In this document: one piece after another, positions 29,322-41,199 of the stretch
How the letters are laid out: every line of letters starts with the position of its first letter
How positions within the stretch are numbered: the first letter of the stretch is position 1
Assembly (NCBI GenBank): GCA_963695345.1
Contig: OY968769.1
Location: forward strand, 1,856,001-1,920,000
Length of the DNA: 64,000 nucleotides
DNA from: an uncultured Methanomassiliicoccales archaeon
GTDB lineage: Archaea; Thermoplasmatota; Thermoplasmata; Methanomassiliicoccales; UBA472
Direction: 5' to 3'
Translations under genes and position numbers: made by a program
The notes under the pieces: model-generated
The model's database searches: none
What the model was told of the DNA's origin: nothing
What the model saw: the letters and a program-made list of their open reading frames with translations, nothing else

Positions 29322-29570
29322 AATTGTTCTAATGTTGTCTATTGCCCGCAGTAGAGACAGTTCGATTAGGGGTGCCTATCCCTGTTGTAGAAGCAGGATT
29401 CGAACAGTGGATTTGCAGTTGGATTAGATTAGTGGTACTGTTGAGCTTGACAACCAAAGATTAGGTTTGACCCTGTTTTGAACAAGTGCCGTACCTTCCC
29501 CGGAAGATCATCTGTCACCCATTATATTATTCACATATTATTATATAATATCTACATTTATATAAGAACA

Positions 29571-30200
29571 ATGGAAGGCTGGAGAGGAGAAATTGCAAAG
29601 TTCATCGTATGGATCTATCCGTATGCTGGATTGAGGCTATCGGAACTTCGCCTAGCTCACCTTTAAGACATCGACACGAAACAATGGAGATCTTCGTACA
29701 TAATCCAAGGGGGTTGGAAGCCGGTTACGGTATACCACAATGGATACCCATCCTGCCTCCTACCCGACCATAAGTTCTGGAATTCCTGGAGCAATGAAGA
29801 TCCGCCTCGAGTCCAAGGACACCCGGTAAATTCGTGGCCGCTCATTCCGAGCATCTACAATGTTGAGGTCAAGGAGCATTCCAGCAATAACTTCCGAGAC
29901 ATCAAAGAGAAGATCGAAGAATGTGCCGGGATGGACTTCAAGATCAAGGTCTTCCGATCTACATGATCCCAGATGATAAAGGACCGTAACAAGGACCGAC
30001 AGAGATAGCAACCAAGAGGTTAGGCATTCGTGGCCGGACACGACATATCGCTCCTACACACAGATCAAGAGCGAAACGGCCAACGAGGAAGTGAATAACC
30101 TGTTTTCCCAAGCTGAGGCAACCAGCCTATCAAATACTGGCTCCTTCGGAAATCATCCAGATAGGAAAAAACTTTTAGTTCCGGGGGAAAATTAATATGC
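29571..30200 (+). pseudogene. Decayed tyrosine recombinase/integrase
   Basis: Fragments YPYAGLRLSELRLAHL*DID, FKIKVFRST*SQ and RHSWPDTTYRSYTQI in different frames with stops; abuts the tRNA-Pro 3' end. Confidence 0.8.
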
Positions 30201-30213
30201 TGGATAGGAAAGA

Positions 30214-30291
30214 TGGTGGGTCTGCCCGAATTTGAATCGGGGTCTCAGGCTCCCAAAGCCAGAAGGATGGACCAAACTACCCCACAGACCC
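30214..30291 (-). tRNA. tRNA-Pro(UGG), CCA encoded
   Basis: Reverse complement GGGTCTG TGGGGTAG...CTGGC-TT-TGG-GA-GCCTG...TTCAAAT...CAGACCC-A-CCA. Confidence 0.93.
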
Positions 30292-30409
30292 GCTTTAGCC
30301 GCTAAACGCACATCTAATCAATAAAGGTTGCTAATGCCGGTCCCTTTCCGATGCACCCCTTGTTATACAAACTGAAAGGATAATATATCAGCCTGGGCGT
30401 CCCTTAATC

Positions 30410-31573
30410 GTGCGAAGGCTAGTCATCATCGCAATAACAATGGCGATTATTCTAGCTTTGGTGCTAGCAGGATCGTTCGTTCTGTTCATGGATTCGCAGA
30501 CCCCAGCGGGGTTCGAGGTCGGCTCGCTCCGGGCACCATCCATCGTGATCGATTCACCGGTCGAGCGGGTCATCCATATATCTTCGACCAGTGACACGCC
30601 AGTCAGCCTGGGCCTGAACTGGACAATAACTCCGATCTATGCAGGTTATGGCGGGGTAATCAATATCACGGTCATGAACTATCAATCCATGCCGGTCTAC
30701 ATATACGAATTCGGATTGGCCTGGAAGGATACAACGGTCGAGACATGGCGCAACGCGTCGGTCACGATTCAAGGACATCAGCATGGATCCTTGGGCATGC
30801 TTTTCTTCAAGGCTCCGGCAAACTACTCCGGCGGCTACTATTCGCTCAAATTGAAGGTCGAGGTCAAGGAAAGCGCCGGCGGGGGATGGACCGATCTGGG
30901 AGCGTACAAGATCACCGAGGACCGGTACGTGAAATTCGAGACGCCCCTCAACTACCTGGCCCATACAACGACCACCAACAACCCAGTTTACTATGCCAAG
31001 GTCAACAAGCGAGTTGACCTGGAAGCCACACGTTCATTGGTAACTAACATCCTGGCTAACAACTCCTACGTCTACAGTATCCAGGCAGTGGCGGATGCAT
31101 TCGATTGGGTGCAGCGCAACATCGCCTATCAGGATGACCCCAATGACTATTGGCAATCAGCGAGCGAGACGCTGTCCTGGCGAACCGGGGACTGTGAGGA
31201 TCAGGCGATACTGTTAGCATCGATGATCGATCAGATGGGAGGGAATGCCCGGGTCAACATCATCGACGGCCACGCGTTCGCAAGCGTGTTCGTCGGCTCG
31301 GACGAGAGCGTCCTGGCAAACGTGACCACGGCGATATCCTCGCATTACCAGACGAGTGTCCCGGTCTACTTCGTCAACGATACCACCGGATACTGGATGG
31401 TCATCGATTCCACCGGTTTCCCGTACGCCGGGGGGTTGCCCACCCTCTCCGGTCCGGTGCTCTACGATCCGACCTATTCCTGGTCGTTCGAGTCCAGCAC
31501 CTGGCTGTCCCAGGTCGACGCGACCGGATCGACCGGGGGGATCAGTCTCCTGCCGTTCTCGGTAGAATATTAA
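30410..31573 (+). CDS. Exported transglutaminase-like cysteine protease domain protein
   Basis: N-terminal anchor; YWQSASETL, GDCEDQAILLAS, GHAF, MVIDST (intact C-H-D triad). Confidence 0.85.
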   Translation: MRRLVIIAITMAIILALVLAGSFVLFMDSQTPAGFEVGSLRAPSIVIDSPVERVIHISSTSDTPVSLGLNWTITPIYAGYGGVINITVMNYQSMPVYIYEFGLAWKDTTVETWRNASVTIQGHQHGSLGMLFFKAPANYSGGYYSLKLKVEVKESAGGGWTDLGAYKITEDRYVKFETPLNYLAHTTTTNNPVYYAKVNKRVDLEATRSLVTNILANNSYVYSIQAVADAFDWVQRNIAYQDDPNDYWQSASETLSWRTGDCEDQAILLASMIDQMGGNARVNIIDGHAFASVFVGSDESVLANVTTAISSHYQTSVPVYFVNDTTGYWMVIDSTGFPYAGGLPTLSGPVLYDPTYSWSFESSTWLSQVDATGSTGGISLLPFSVEY

Positions 31574-32538
31574 AGGTGTTTTGAGGCCAATATCTCGTCG
31601 ACCGCTCTCTTGATGGACTGACTTGAATTGGAGTTTGGCGACCAACCCTTGGACTTCAGGTGTTCCACGTCCAAGCGCATCAGCTTGACGTCCCCTATCC
31701 ACCCCCGGCCCCCCTGGACCCCGCCGGTCCAATCGTACCTTACGTTCTCCAGTCCCATGGCGCCGACCACCGAGTCCGCGATCCCCCTCACGTCCAGGGT
31801 GTCCTCCGAACCGATGTTGTAGATCTCGACCTTGGAGGTGGCCTTCTCCGCCCCCGTCAACATCCCCTCGACACAATCGGAAACATGGACGTAGGACTTG
31901 TTCGTGCCGGGATCGGCCCCCAGTATTTCCAACCGATCATTGTCCTTCTCCAGCTTGTGGATGAAGTCGTGGATGACATTGTGGGTGCTTCTCGAGCCCA
32001 CCACGTTGGCGAAACGGTAGATGACCGCCTCCATGTCGAACGTGTACGCGTAGGACGAGATCAATGCCTCGCAGGCGAGCTTCGACGCACCGTAGATGCT
32101 TATCGGCACCAGCGGTCCATAGTCCTCCATGGTGGGGATCTGGGCCGCTTCTCCGTATATCGTCGATGTGGACGGGAAGGCGATGTTCTTGACCTTGAGG
32201 TCCTTCATCGCCTCCAGCACCCGGAACGTCACTTCGATGTTCTGCTCGAAATGGGTGCGGGTGTTCGATGGACCCTGACGGACATCTGGGTTGGCGGCGA
32301 AATGAAAGACAACGTCGCAACCGTTCATGGCCGGGGCGATGTCGTCCTTCAGCAGATCCAGGGGAATGAACGTGAACCGCTTCGAACGGCTGGCATCGTT
32401 CAGGAACGTCATCTTGCCCGCGGAAAGATTGTCAACGCCGACCACATCGTTGTCGTTGCGAAGCAGCGCGTCGACCATGTGGCTGCCGATGAACCCGGCA
32501 CAGCCGGTGACGAAGACCTTGCGGCCGCTGAGCCGCAT
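31570..32538 (-). CDS. NAD-dependent epimerase/dehydratase (GalE-like)
   Basis: VTGCAGFIGSH, HFAANPDVR, YGASK. Confidence 0.92.
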   Translation of the reverse strand: MRLSGRKVFVTGCAGFIGSHMVDALLRNDNDVVGVDNLSAGKMTFLNDASRSKRFTFIPLDLLKDDIAPAMNGCDVVFHFAANPDVRQGPSNTRTHFEQNIEVTFRVLEAMKDLKVKNIAFPSTSTIYGEAAQIPTMEDYGPLVPISIYGASKLACEALISSYAYTFDMEAVIYRFANVVGSRSTHNVIHDFIHKLEKDNDRLEILGADPGTNKSYVHVSDCVEGMLTGAEKATSKVEIYNIGSEDTLDVRGIADSVVGAMGLENVRYDWTGGVQGGRGWIGDVKLMRLDVEHLKSKGWSPNSNSSQSIKRAVDEILASKHL

Positions 32539-33107
32539 CACTTGTCCCCCATTCTCCATCTGAGCTGTTCGACCAGTTGCTTCATGGCGATGCCCCTGTG
32601 GGAGACCTTGTTCTTCTCGTCCATGCTCATCTCGGCGAAGCTCTTGGTCGAACCATCTGGAACGAAAACCGGGTCGAAACCGAACCCGCCCTTACCGCGC
32701 TCGGTGTAGTCGATCCAGCCTTGGCAGGCACCTTTCACGAATATGCGGCCCACATCCTGGATGCTGCATCCGATGACGCACTCGAAGTGCGCGCCCCTTT
32801 CCGGTTCCCGGTCCAGCAGCTTGAGGATGCCCTTGCATCCGATGGTCTTGAACGCGTATGAGGAGTACACACCGGGGAATCCGTCATAGTCGTGCAGGAA
32901 CAGACCGGAATCATCCAGTATGAAGCTCGTGTACCCCATGAGCTCGACCTGGGCCACACAGCTCTTCACCACCTCCTCCAGGGTATCGGTCTGGATCTCA
33001 TCGCATTCCACGTCGACCTGGGCCACCTTGAAGCCCAATGGTTCCAACCCAGCCTTGTATTCCCTCATCTTGCCTGCGTTAGACGTTACGATGGCGATAT
33101 CTTTCAT
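32538..33107 (-). CDS. rdgB: Non-canonical purine NTP pyrophosphatase (RdgB/HAM1)
   Basis: TSNAGK, DDSGL, FPGVYS, GFGFDPVF, SHRG. Confidence 0.92.
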   Translation of the reverse strand: MKDIAIVTSNAGKMREYKAGLEPLGFKVAQVDVECDEIQTDTLEEVVKSCVAQVELMGYTSFILDDSGLFLHDYDGFPGVYSSYAFKTIGCKGILKLLDREPERGAHFECVIGCSIQDVGRIFVKGACQGWIDYTERGKGGFGFDPVFVPDGSTKSFAEMSMDEKNKVSHRGIAMKQLVEQLRWRMGDK

Positions 33108-33757
33108 GTGTATCTTCCCCGGTCCTCTATCTCCTTGATCTTCTTCAGAACCTCGTTCCCCCTTTCGAAGTTGGAGCAATAGGAATCGAGGATGACATGG
33201 TACATCGGCAGTATCTTGGAATGGGCCGACTGGAACGCCTCATGCAAGAGGTGCAGGTCGACCCCCATCTCCTCTATCATGGCGTTGCGGGTCCCCAACG
33301 AGAGATCGATGAACCATATCTTGCCATCTCGGAGTATCATGTTGGAGGTGGTGAGGTCCCCATGGGTGATGGCTCCCTTATGGAGCAAGGCCACCAGCCT
33401 CCCGATCTCTCTGCACACCTCCTGGCAGGTCTTCTCGTCGGTGCTGTCGAGGACGTCCTTGACCCGTTCGCCCTCGATCTCCTCCATCACTATCTTCCCG
33501 TTCTTGAGGTCGATGTCATAGATGATCGGTGTCGGGACCCCATGCCTTCTGGCATCCTGGATAAGGCGCGCCTCGTTCTTGGTGCGGACTACCTTTAGGG
33601 AAGCGTCCAGATCCGGATGGCGATAGCCCTTGGTCACTCTGCTCTTGACGATGACCTTCCGCCCCATCCATACATCACGGGCGATCTCGGCCTCCGCGCC
33701 ACGTCTGATGACTTCCACGGCGAGAAAACCAGTACTCGATGTATTAACCTTTTGCAT
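33104..33757 (-). CDS. bud32: KEOPS complex kinase Bud32 (stand-alone)
   Basis: GAEAEI, KGYRHPDLD, HGDLTTSN, RGRY C-terminus. Confidence 0.9.
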   Translation of the reverse strand: MQKVNTSSTGFLAVEVIRRGAEAEIARDVWMGRKVIVKSRVTKGYRHPDLDASLKVVRTKNEARLIQDARRHGVPTPIIYDIDLKNGKIVMEEIEGERVKDVLDSTDEKTCQEVCREIGRLVALLHKGAITHGDLTTSNMILRDGKIWFIDLSLGTRNAMIEEMGVDLHLLHEAFQSAHSKILPMYHVILDSYCSNFERGNEVLKKIKEIEDRGRYT

Positions 33758-33800
33758 TCGGACCGGCCAATGGAAGGCCGCCGGCATTGGCCGGCGTCCT

Positions 33801-35695
33801 TCAGGGTCGGGCATCACCGGCCTTCACGGGTCCGAGGGTTTCACTTTCCTTTGCCGGGTTCGGGGGATCCGCCTCCGGTGTCTTGCCTTCATTGGCATGG
33901 AAGACCTGAAGGGTGGCACCAAGATCGCCCACCTTCTCGATCCGGAAATCCTCGGGGAAGGCAGACTGCATCGATGGCATGAGGTATCTTTCATCCAACA
34001 GGACCATGGTGGCCCGGTCGAACTCGCTCCGTATCGCCCTTCCGGCGGCCTGCAGGACGCGGGAGACCGCCGGGTATGTCGACACGTACAATATCGCCTT
34101 CCGAGCGCCATACCTCTTCTCAAAGCGGGACTTCATCACCTCCCCTTCCATGGTGGGGGGTGAGAACGGGAACCCGGCCACCACGACCGAGGACAGTAGG
34201 TTGTCGCTGAAGTTGACTCCCTCCGCGAAGGAACCTCCGATGGTGGCCATGAGCAGGGCGCTCCTGTCCCTTCTGAGGTCGGAGATCATCGCTTCCTTCT
34301 CGTTCTTTCCGAACTCCCTTCGCTCCATCAGGATTCGTTTTCCCATGCATGCATTCCCGGATGAATGGTTCCACCCGCTGCATGAAATCGTAGGAAGGGA
34401 AGAAGGCCGCGACATTGCCTGGGGTCATCTTGCAGGTCTCCACGATCTTGACGGCCATGGTGCGGAACATGTCGTCGGTTCGCAGATCATACTTCGACGA
34501 CACTCCTTCGACCCCCAGCACCAGGCGATTGCCTGGAGGAAACGGCGAAGGGTAGCGGCGGCAGGCGCAGCGGTCGGAGAGGCCGAGCACGTCCGCGAAC
34601 ATCTCCGGGGGATGAAGGGTTCCGGACATGATGAGGCGAGCATCGCACCCGGTCGAACACCGAGGACGATACCAGGGAAGGCTCTATGAACCGGGTGACT
34701 ATCCGGGCCGGATGCCGTTCCGCGTACCTGACGGTGGAGTCCCCGAAGGAGCGCCAATTCGCCAGGAACGCGATCAGTTCCTCGACCGAATGGCGGCTCC
34801 GGCCGATGAAGTACCGATCCATCTCGTCGGCCACCTGGGCGCAGTCGACGGAGAACTCGGACAAGAGCATCTCGTCCAGCGCGGCCGTTTCCAGGTACGG
34901 GTCGCTGGCCAGCGACGATATGTCATCCAGCCTTCGTTCCAGCGACTCGAAGATGGAACGGAATCGTCGGTTGCCGGTACTGTTACAGGCCCGCTGCAGC
35001 ATTTCCCGGGTCAGGACGTGGCTGTGGTTCTCCATGATCCGGGCCGGGAGGTTGTGCCCCTCATCGACCACCACGATCATCTCCTCCGGTGCCCGTGCCG
35101 GTCCGGTCGAACAATGCCGTGTTCGCGATCCCCGAAAACCTGGTTGTAATCGCAGACTGCTATGTCCGCCATGGTCAGGGCCTTCATCGCGGCATGATGG
35201 GGGCAGGCACCCACTCGAATGCACATCCGGATGACCTCCTGGACGTGAAGCGGATATTCCAGCAGCTTGCCCGCGGCCTCATTGATCCTGGCCTCGTCCA
35301 GGAAATAGCAGTCGCCCGAGGATAGAGCAGGGCACCCCGCTGCCCTTCTTCCGGCAGAGGCAGGTGTCTTCACGGGAGATTATGTCCACCGCCTTGACCC
35401 GCTCCTTCTTCCATATGTGGCGGAGCGTCTCTATGGCCGCGGCGTGCTGTGACTGGCGGGAGGTGAGGAAGAATACGAATCCGTCGTTCTCCAGCGAGGT
35501 CTCGAGGGCGGCGGTCAGTGCCACCGCGGTCTTGCCCAGGCCGGTGGGGGCATGGGCCAGAAGGTTGATCTTGTTCCTCATGCATGATCGGGCGTCCTCC
35601 AGGAACTGTCGCTGGCCTTCCCTGACGAGGTCGTAAGGGAACAGGTCCGCCGGGCATTCCAGGGTGCTGCTGTCTAGGCACTTCGTTTCGGTCAT
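33801..35695 (-). CDS. xpd: XPD/Rad3-type Fe-S DNA helicase, split by several frameshifts
   Basis: HAPTGLGKT, VVDEGHNL, MSGTLHP, FFPSY, GSFAEGVNF, QAAGRAIR found in successive frames. Confidence 0.8.
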
Positions 35696-35907
35696 GATGA
35701 TTTGGAACGGTCCCGGGAGATGCATATCCGCCCTGCTAGAGTAAGGCTACCCAAATGCTTCGGTCTCGAAGGGGGACGCCGCCATTCCTTTTCGAGTACA
35801 TCCGATAGCCTCTCGTCATAGGCCGATCTGTTTCGGGCCGTTCATGTCCAGTCATCAGACGGGTGGATTCTGGAAAGACTTTAACGTTGAGAGGATGTTC
35901 ACACCTC

Positions 35908-36578
35908 GTGGAATATATCCCGACCGAATGCGGGGCCCTCGACGCGATGCTCGGAGGGGGCATCGAGACCAGCTGCATCACGCTGCTCTACGGCGAGGCC
36001 GGGACCGGGAAGACCAACCTATGCCTGGTGCTCGCCCGGAACGTGGCCAGGTCGGGGAAGAAGGTAATCTACGTCGACTCGGAGGGCGTTTCGGTCGAAA
36101 GGCTGCGCCAGATCTCCGGGAAGGACTATGAGGAAGTGACCCGGAACGTGCTGTTCTCGGAAGTGCACTCGTTCACCGAGCAGGAGACGATGGTGGACAA
36201 GGCCATCAAACTGGCGGAAGGGAATCCCGGATTTTGGCATGATCATCATCGATTCCATGACCATGTACTATCGGCTCACGTCGCGGGAGGAGGAGCGCAG
36301 CGAGAGAAGGTCGATCGCCGGCATGAGCGCGCGCCTGCTGACCCTGGCAAGGAAGAAGGGATTGCCGGTCGTGGTCACCTCCCAGGTGTACACTGATGTC
36401 GACAAGGGGACCTTCGAGGCCCTAGGGCGGCAATGTGCTCATGCACAACTCGAAGACCATCATCAAGCTGGAGCGGGTTGGGACCGGCCGCCGCCGGGCC
36501 ATCATAATGAAGCACCGGCATCTGGCGGAAGGAAGGTCGGGCGAGTTCGCCCTGGTGGATTGGGGCATCACCTGCTGA
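35908..36578 (+). CDS. radB: DNA repair protein RadB, with two apparent frameshifts (~36230, ~36427)
   Basis: LYGEAGTGKTN, IIIDS, TSQVY and RadB-specific KHR motif across frames. Confidence 0.85.
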
Positions 36579-36613
36579 CGACCCGCTTAGAAATATTGGA
36601 TGGAAAGAAGGTT

Positions 36614-37605
36614 TCAAGCCTCGCGTCCGACCGCGAAGTCCACGAATGCGGCGAGCACGTCCTTCTCGCGGCTTGGTTTGAGGCAATCGAGCTTCTGCTT
36701 GGCCTCGGCCGCGTAACGCAACGCCTCGGTCCGGGCGTACTCGATCGAACCGATCTTATCCAGGACCGCCTATGGCAGCGCTGACCTGGACGTCCGTCGC
36801 CTTCTCGTTGCCCAGAGCGGCCAGGAGCGTCGCCTTGTCCTTGGAGCCTTCCTTGAGGTGTTCCATGGCGTGCACGATGATCAGCGTGCGCTTGCCGTTC
36901 CTGATGTCGGAGCCGACCGGTTTTCCGGTCTTCTTGGTGTCGCCCTTGATGCCCAGCACATCGTCCCACATCTGGAACCCGATGCCCATCAGGCGGGCGT
37001 ACTCCTTCATGTCGGCGACCTGCTTCTTGGTGCCGCCGCCGATGATCGCCCCGCCCTCGGCGGCGCAGGCGAACAGGACGGCGGTCTTCTTCTCCACCAT
37101 CTCCACGTACTCTTCGATCTTGACCGTGACCGTGCCTTCGAAATCGACGTCCATCTGTTGGCCCTCGGCGATCAGGTAGACGGTCTCGGAGACGGAATGG
37201 AAGTATCGTGCGCAGGTCCTCCAGGCCGACATCGGTCTCGGACAGTACCTCGTAGCCAACGGCGAACAGAGCGTCACCGGCGATGATCGCCGTGGGCACG
37301 TCGAATAGAACATGGACCGCCGGCCTTCCCCGCCTGACCGGGTCCTGGTCGATGACGTCGTCGTGCACCAGGGTGAAATTGTGGATGATCTCGAGGGAGC
37401 AGCCGAACGGCATGGCCTTGCTGCCCTTCTTCCCGACCGCCTCGGCGACCAGAATGGCCATGACCGGGCGCATGCGCTTTCCGCCCGCCTCCGGGTAGTG
37501 TTTCATGGCCTTCCGCAGCTTCTCATGCTTCCCGACGTCCAGATAGGCCATCAGGCTTTTGTCCACATCCTTAGCGATAGTGATCATTTCCTTAGGGAAC
37601 TCCAT
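36614..37605 (-). CDS. idsA: Geranylgeranyl diphosphate synthase (polyprenyl synthetase), frameshifted
   Basis: GGKRMRP, LVHDDVID, GQQMD, FQMWDDVL, GSDIRNGK across frames. Confidence 0.85.
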
Positions 37606-37606
37606 T

Positions 37607-38675
37607 TCACATCCCCTCCTCGTCCTTCTGGCTGATCCACTCGGCGGTCTTGCCGGTCACGATGCAATCCTTGGAAGACAGTGATGCCACATTAGCTGAG
37701 CCGGTCAAGAACATTGCGGCCCTCAGCTCCTCCCTGATCAGGATGAGCTTGTCCTCGACGGCCTTCGGGGAGATCATCGCCTCCTTGAGCACTCCTCGGG
37801 CGATGCCTCCGCACTTGGCCCCAAGCGCCAAGGCCTTGGCCACCTGCAGTCCGTCCTCGACCCCTCCGCTGGCGATGATGGGCAGACCAACGTTCGCCTC
37901 GAGCACCGAGGCCGGTGCCGGGATGCCCCAATCGGAGAACAGCCTACCGATGGCGGCGCAGCGCATGTCCCCCGCCCTTTCGGCCCGGAACCGCTCCACC
38001 GCTGAGAAGCTGGTCCCGCCCGCTCCTGAGATGTCCATGCCGATGATCCCGCTCCCCTTGAGCTTCATGGCCACCTCGTGGGATATTCCCGCCCCCGTCT
38101 CCTTGACTATAGAAGGCACCTTCCTCGCCACGGTCCTGATGGCGTCCAGACAGCCCTTGGCGTTCGTGTCGCCCTCCGGTTGTGCCACTTCCTGCAGGAA
38201 GTTCAGGTGGATCGCCATTACGTCTGCGTCGATCATGTCCATGGCCTGTTCGACCTGGTCCACGGAGAAGGCCTTCTTGCGGTTCTGCTTGATCAGCTGA
38301 GGCGCTCCGACGTTCCCGATCATCAGCGGCACGTCGTAGTCCTTCAGGACACGTGTACGACGCGTCGACACCATTCTCCACTGCCGCCCTCTCGGAGCCG
38401 ACCCCCATCCCGATCTGCAGCTTCTGGCACGCCTCGGCCAGGTTCTTGTTGATCTTTTCCGCCTTGGAGTAGCCTCCGGTGATGGCGGTGACGATCAAAG
38501 GAAATGCCAGTTTCTTCCCGAACAGCCTGCATGAGGTATCGATCTCGGACATGTCCACTTCTGGCAATGCGCAATGGGTCAACTTGACGTCGTCCCAGTA
38601 ACGGTATCCGCAGCAGACCTGTTCCTCCAGGGCTATCTCGATGTGGTCCGATTTCCTTTTCTCGATCTGCTTCAA
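37607..38675 (-). CDS. fni: Type 2 isopentenyl-diphosphate isomerase, one frameshift (~38355)
   Basis: RKSDHI, AITGG, GVGSER, HLNFLQE, KETGAG, GAGGTS, DWGIP. Confidence 0.88.
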
Positions 38676-38676
38676 T

Positions 38677-39454
38677 TCAATTACCTCCGATGATGCGGGA
38701 ACAGACCGCCCTGCGGTCGGCGATGACGTCCGCCAGCCTACCCTCGGCGTTCCCGTTGATGATCTCGCATTCGCCGGCATGCTGGGCGATCTGGAGCATG
38801 TACTCGATCTTGGCATAGATGCTGCCGGTGACGTCGACGCAGCGTTCTGTGCGGGGAATGGTGGCAAGCGTGTTGTCGTCGACCTCTTCGATGAGGGTCG
38901 CATTCGGATCGCAGTTCGGGTCGGCGGTGAACAGTCCGTCCACATCGGCGCAGAATATGACCTTTCTGGGCTGGAACCGTTCCGCCAGCCTCATCATCAG
39001 TTGGTCCCCGGAGCAGATGCTGACCCCCTTGTCGTCGTCCAGGGCCACGTCCCCGAAGGTGACCGGGGTGATGCCGATACTTCAGGAAACGCTCGAACGG
39101 CCAAAGGTCCATCTTGGACAGGACTCCATTCTTCATGATGGCGGAGGAACCGGGGGGGACCGCCGCGGACCACATGCCCTCATCGTTGAATGCCCCGACG
39201 ACCAGGTTGTCCAGTTCCCGGACGTCGTGCATGACCTTGGCGACGCCCTCGATCTGGCGTTTCTCTTTGAGGCCGGATTGCAGGGCGTACTCCTTGGCAT
39301 AGATGTGGCCAAAGGAGCCGGCTCCATGAACAACGATCTTCTCCTCGTCGGTGGTCATCATCTCCCGGGCGAGCCTGCGGACCGTTCCCTCCCGGAATGT
39401 ACGGTAGGTGGTCTTGTCGGTGATGACGCTGCCCCCGAGCTTGACCAGTATCAT
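38677..39454 (-). CDS. ipk: Isopentenyl phosphate kinase, one frameshift (~39085)
   Basis: KLGGSVITDK, VHGAGSFGH, SGDQLM, DVDG, DVTGS. Confidence 0.88.
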
Positions 39455-39504
39455 TTGAGACTCATTCGAGCATGAATCCGTCGATATAAAAAATGTTCTG
39501 AATT

Positions 39505-40444
39505 CTATTTTTCGAACCTGGCTCCGCACTTGACGCACACCGGATCATCATCCGTGGCGACGGCCCCGCACTCGGGACACTGGTAGTGCCGTCTTTATCT
39601 CGGTCCCGCACTTCCGGCAGAAAATCATCCTCAAGCGACACTTCGGCCCCGCAGTTGGGGCATTCCGGTTTGCTCTCGACAGTGTTACCGCACTTGGCGC
39701 AGAAGTTATCATCATCCTTGGCCTTGGCCCCGCACTTAGCACAAAAGGCCGCATTCTCGACCTACCTTCAACATCGTCTTGGCGACCGTTGCCGTTCGAT
39801 CGTTGGACTCAATCGGTCTTCGGTTTCTGTAGTTCCAACGGCGCCTCGATGCCTTTCTTGGCCTTGAGCGATTTCTTGAGCGCCAGATCATAGTCCTTGC
39901 ACTCGAACGCCATCTTCGCCTCGTCCAAGCAGGCAGACCGATGCAGGTCACGTCCTTGCCCCGCCGATCGACCGCTCTCGATCTCATCTCCAGCGGTCGC
40001 GATCATGAATTTGGATTCCAGGTAATTCGGCGGGAGCTTCCTCGTCTCCCCGATGTTCGCGTGCTCCTGGACCTCTTCCTCTTCACCGATAGGCTGGACC
40101 TTCAATGGAACCTTCTTCGGCTCGACCTCGAATGCCACGGTCGGAGCCTCATCCAAGAGCTTCTTCGCCTTTTTGACCGATTCAATGCATTCCAGATAAT
40201 TGCGCCGATCATATGCCAAACTGGCCCTTAGGAGTTCCATCTCCGCCGGACCGGTGTCTCTGCCTTTGTCCTTCAAAGCCCGGCTAACGGCCTGGGTGGT
40301 ATTGAGCGCATTGAAAGCCTCATCCTTGTCCAATGCACGGTCGATGTTGTCGTCCTTCTTGCCTCTGATGTATTTGATCTCGATGAAGACGGCGATTGCG
40401 AGGACTACCAAGAGAACAATGATCAGCGTTAGGTCCAGATCCAT
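39505..40444 (-). CDS. Membrane-anchored protein with C-terminal repeated zinc ribbons (frameshifted)
   Basis: N-terminal TM, LPPNYLESKFMI, then CAKCG/CPNCG/CRKCG/CVKCG motifs in shifted frames. Confidence 0.65.
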
Positions 40445-40740
40445 CTTCGGCACCTTTCTTTTTCTTCGGTTGGATGACTACCAGTATCGATATTTATTAT
40501 ACTATTGGATGATTTCAAACTACGACCAGGTACTGACAGTCCGTGATTGTCTATTTCGTCGATCCACTGTTAAATTTTCCGTCCTGATTATCATGGTTCG
40601 TAGAACGGTCTGGTCCCCCGGGTATGGCGACATGAATAAAGGTTCATAGAATCCCGCAGGAAAATCGATGGTCATTCCCAGCACGGCAGTTCTTAGGAGG
40701 AAATCAATTGGTCGGCAGAGGTATGATGAAAATAAGAATG

Positions 40741-40861
40741 GCTGACAGCTTTCGGAGGTTCCCGTGGGCTCGCGCACCACAGTACAGCGCCAAACGACGG
40801 CAGGCTTAGCTTCTGGGTTCGGATGAGACCAGGCGTATCCCCGCCTCTTTGGCCGTCATAC
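40741..40861 (-). rRNA. rrf: 5S rRNA (copy 2)
   Basis: Reverse complement TGACGGCCAAAGAGGCGGGGATACGCCTGGTCTCATCCGAACCCAGAAGCTAAGCC...AGCTGTCA. Confidence 0.92.
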
Positions 40862-41035
40862 CATTCTTAATTCCCGTGACGCAAACATGATATTTAATAT
40901 TTTTCCCACCCGAGGGTGCCAGACGACCTGCCCGCCCTCAGACACGGATCGGTCCCATCGGAGAGCGATCGGGACCCATGGCATGATTTGCACGAAGATA
41001 TCACTAAGATATGAGGTATGATGAAAATAAGAATG

Positions 41036-41156
41036 GCTGACAGCTTTTGGAGGTTCCCGTGGGCTCGCGCACCACAGTACAGCGCCAAACGACGGCAGGC
41101 TTAGCTTCTGGGTTCGGATGAGACCAGGCGTATCCCCGCCTCTTTGGCCGTCATAC
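41036..41156 (-). rRNA. rrf: 5S rRNA (copy 1)
   Basis: Same sequence 295 nt away, one substitution seen (cagctttcgg vs cagcttttgg). Confidence 0.92.
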
Positions 41157-41199
41157 CATTCTTAAATCACCGAAGCAAACGGTCGTATTTAAACATTCT

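Noticed and set aside
29394-29408. gcaggattcgaac, resembling a reverse tRNA T-arm or att site
   Set aside because: Too short, does not match this tRNA-Pro, and no cloverleaf forms.
40718-41165. Long direct repeat considered as CRISPR or IS ends
   Set aside because: Explained by two 5S rRNA genes. No CRISPR array or cas genes were seen in the window.
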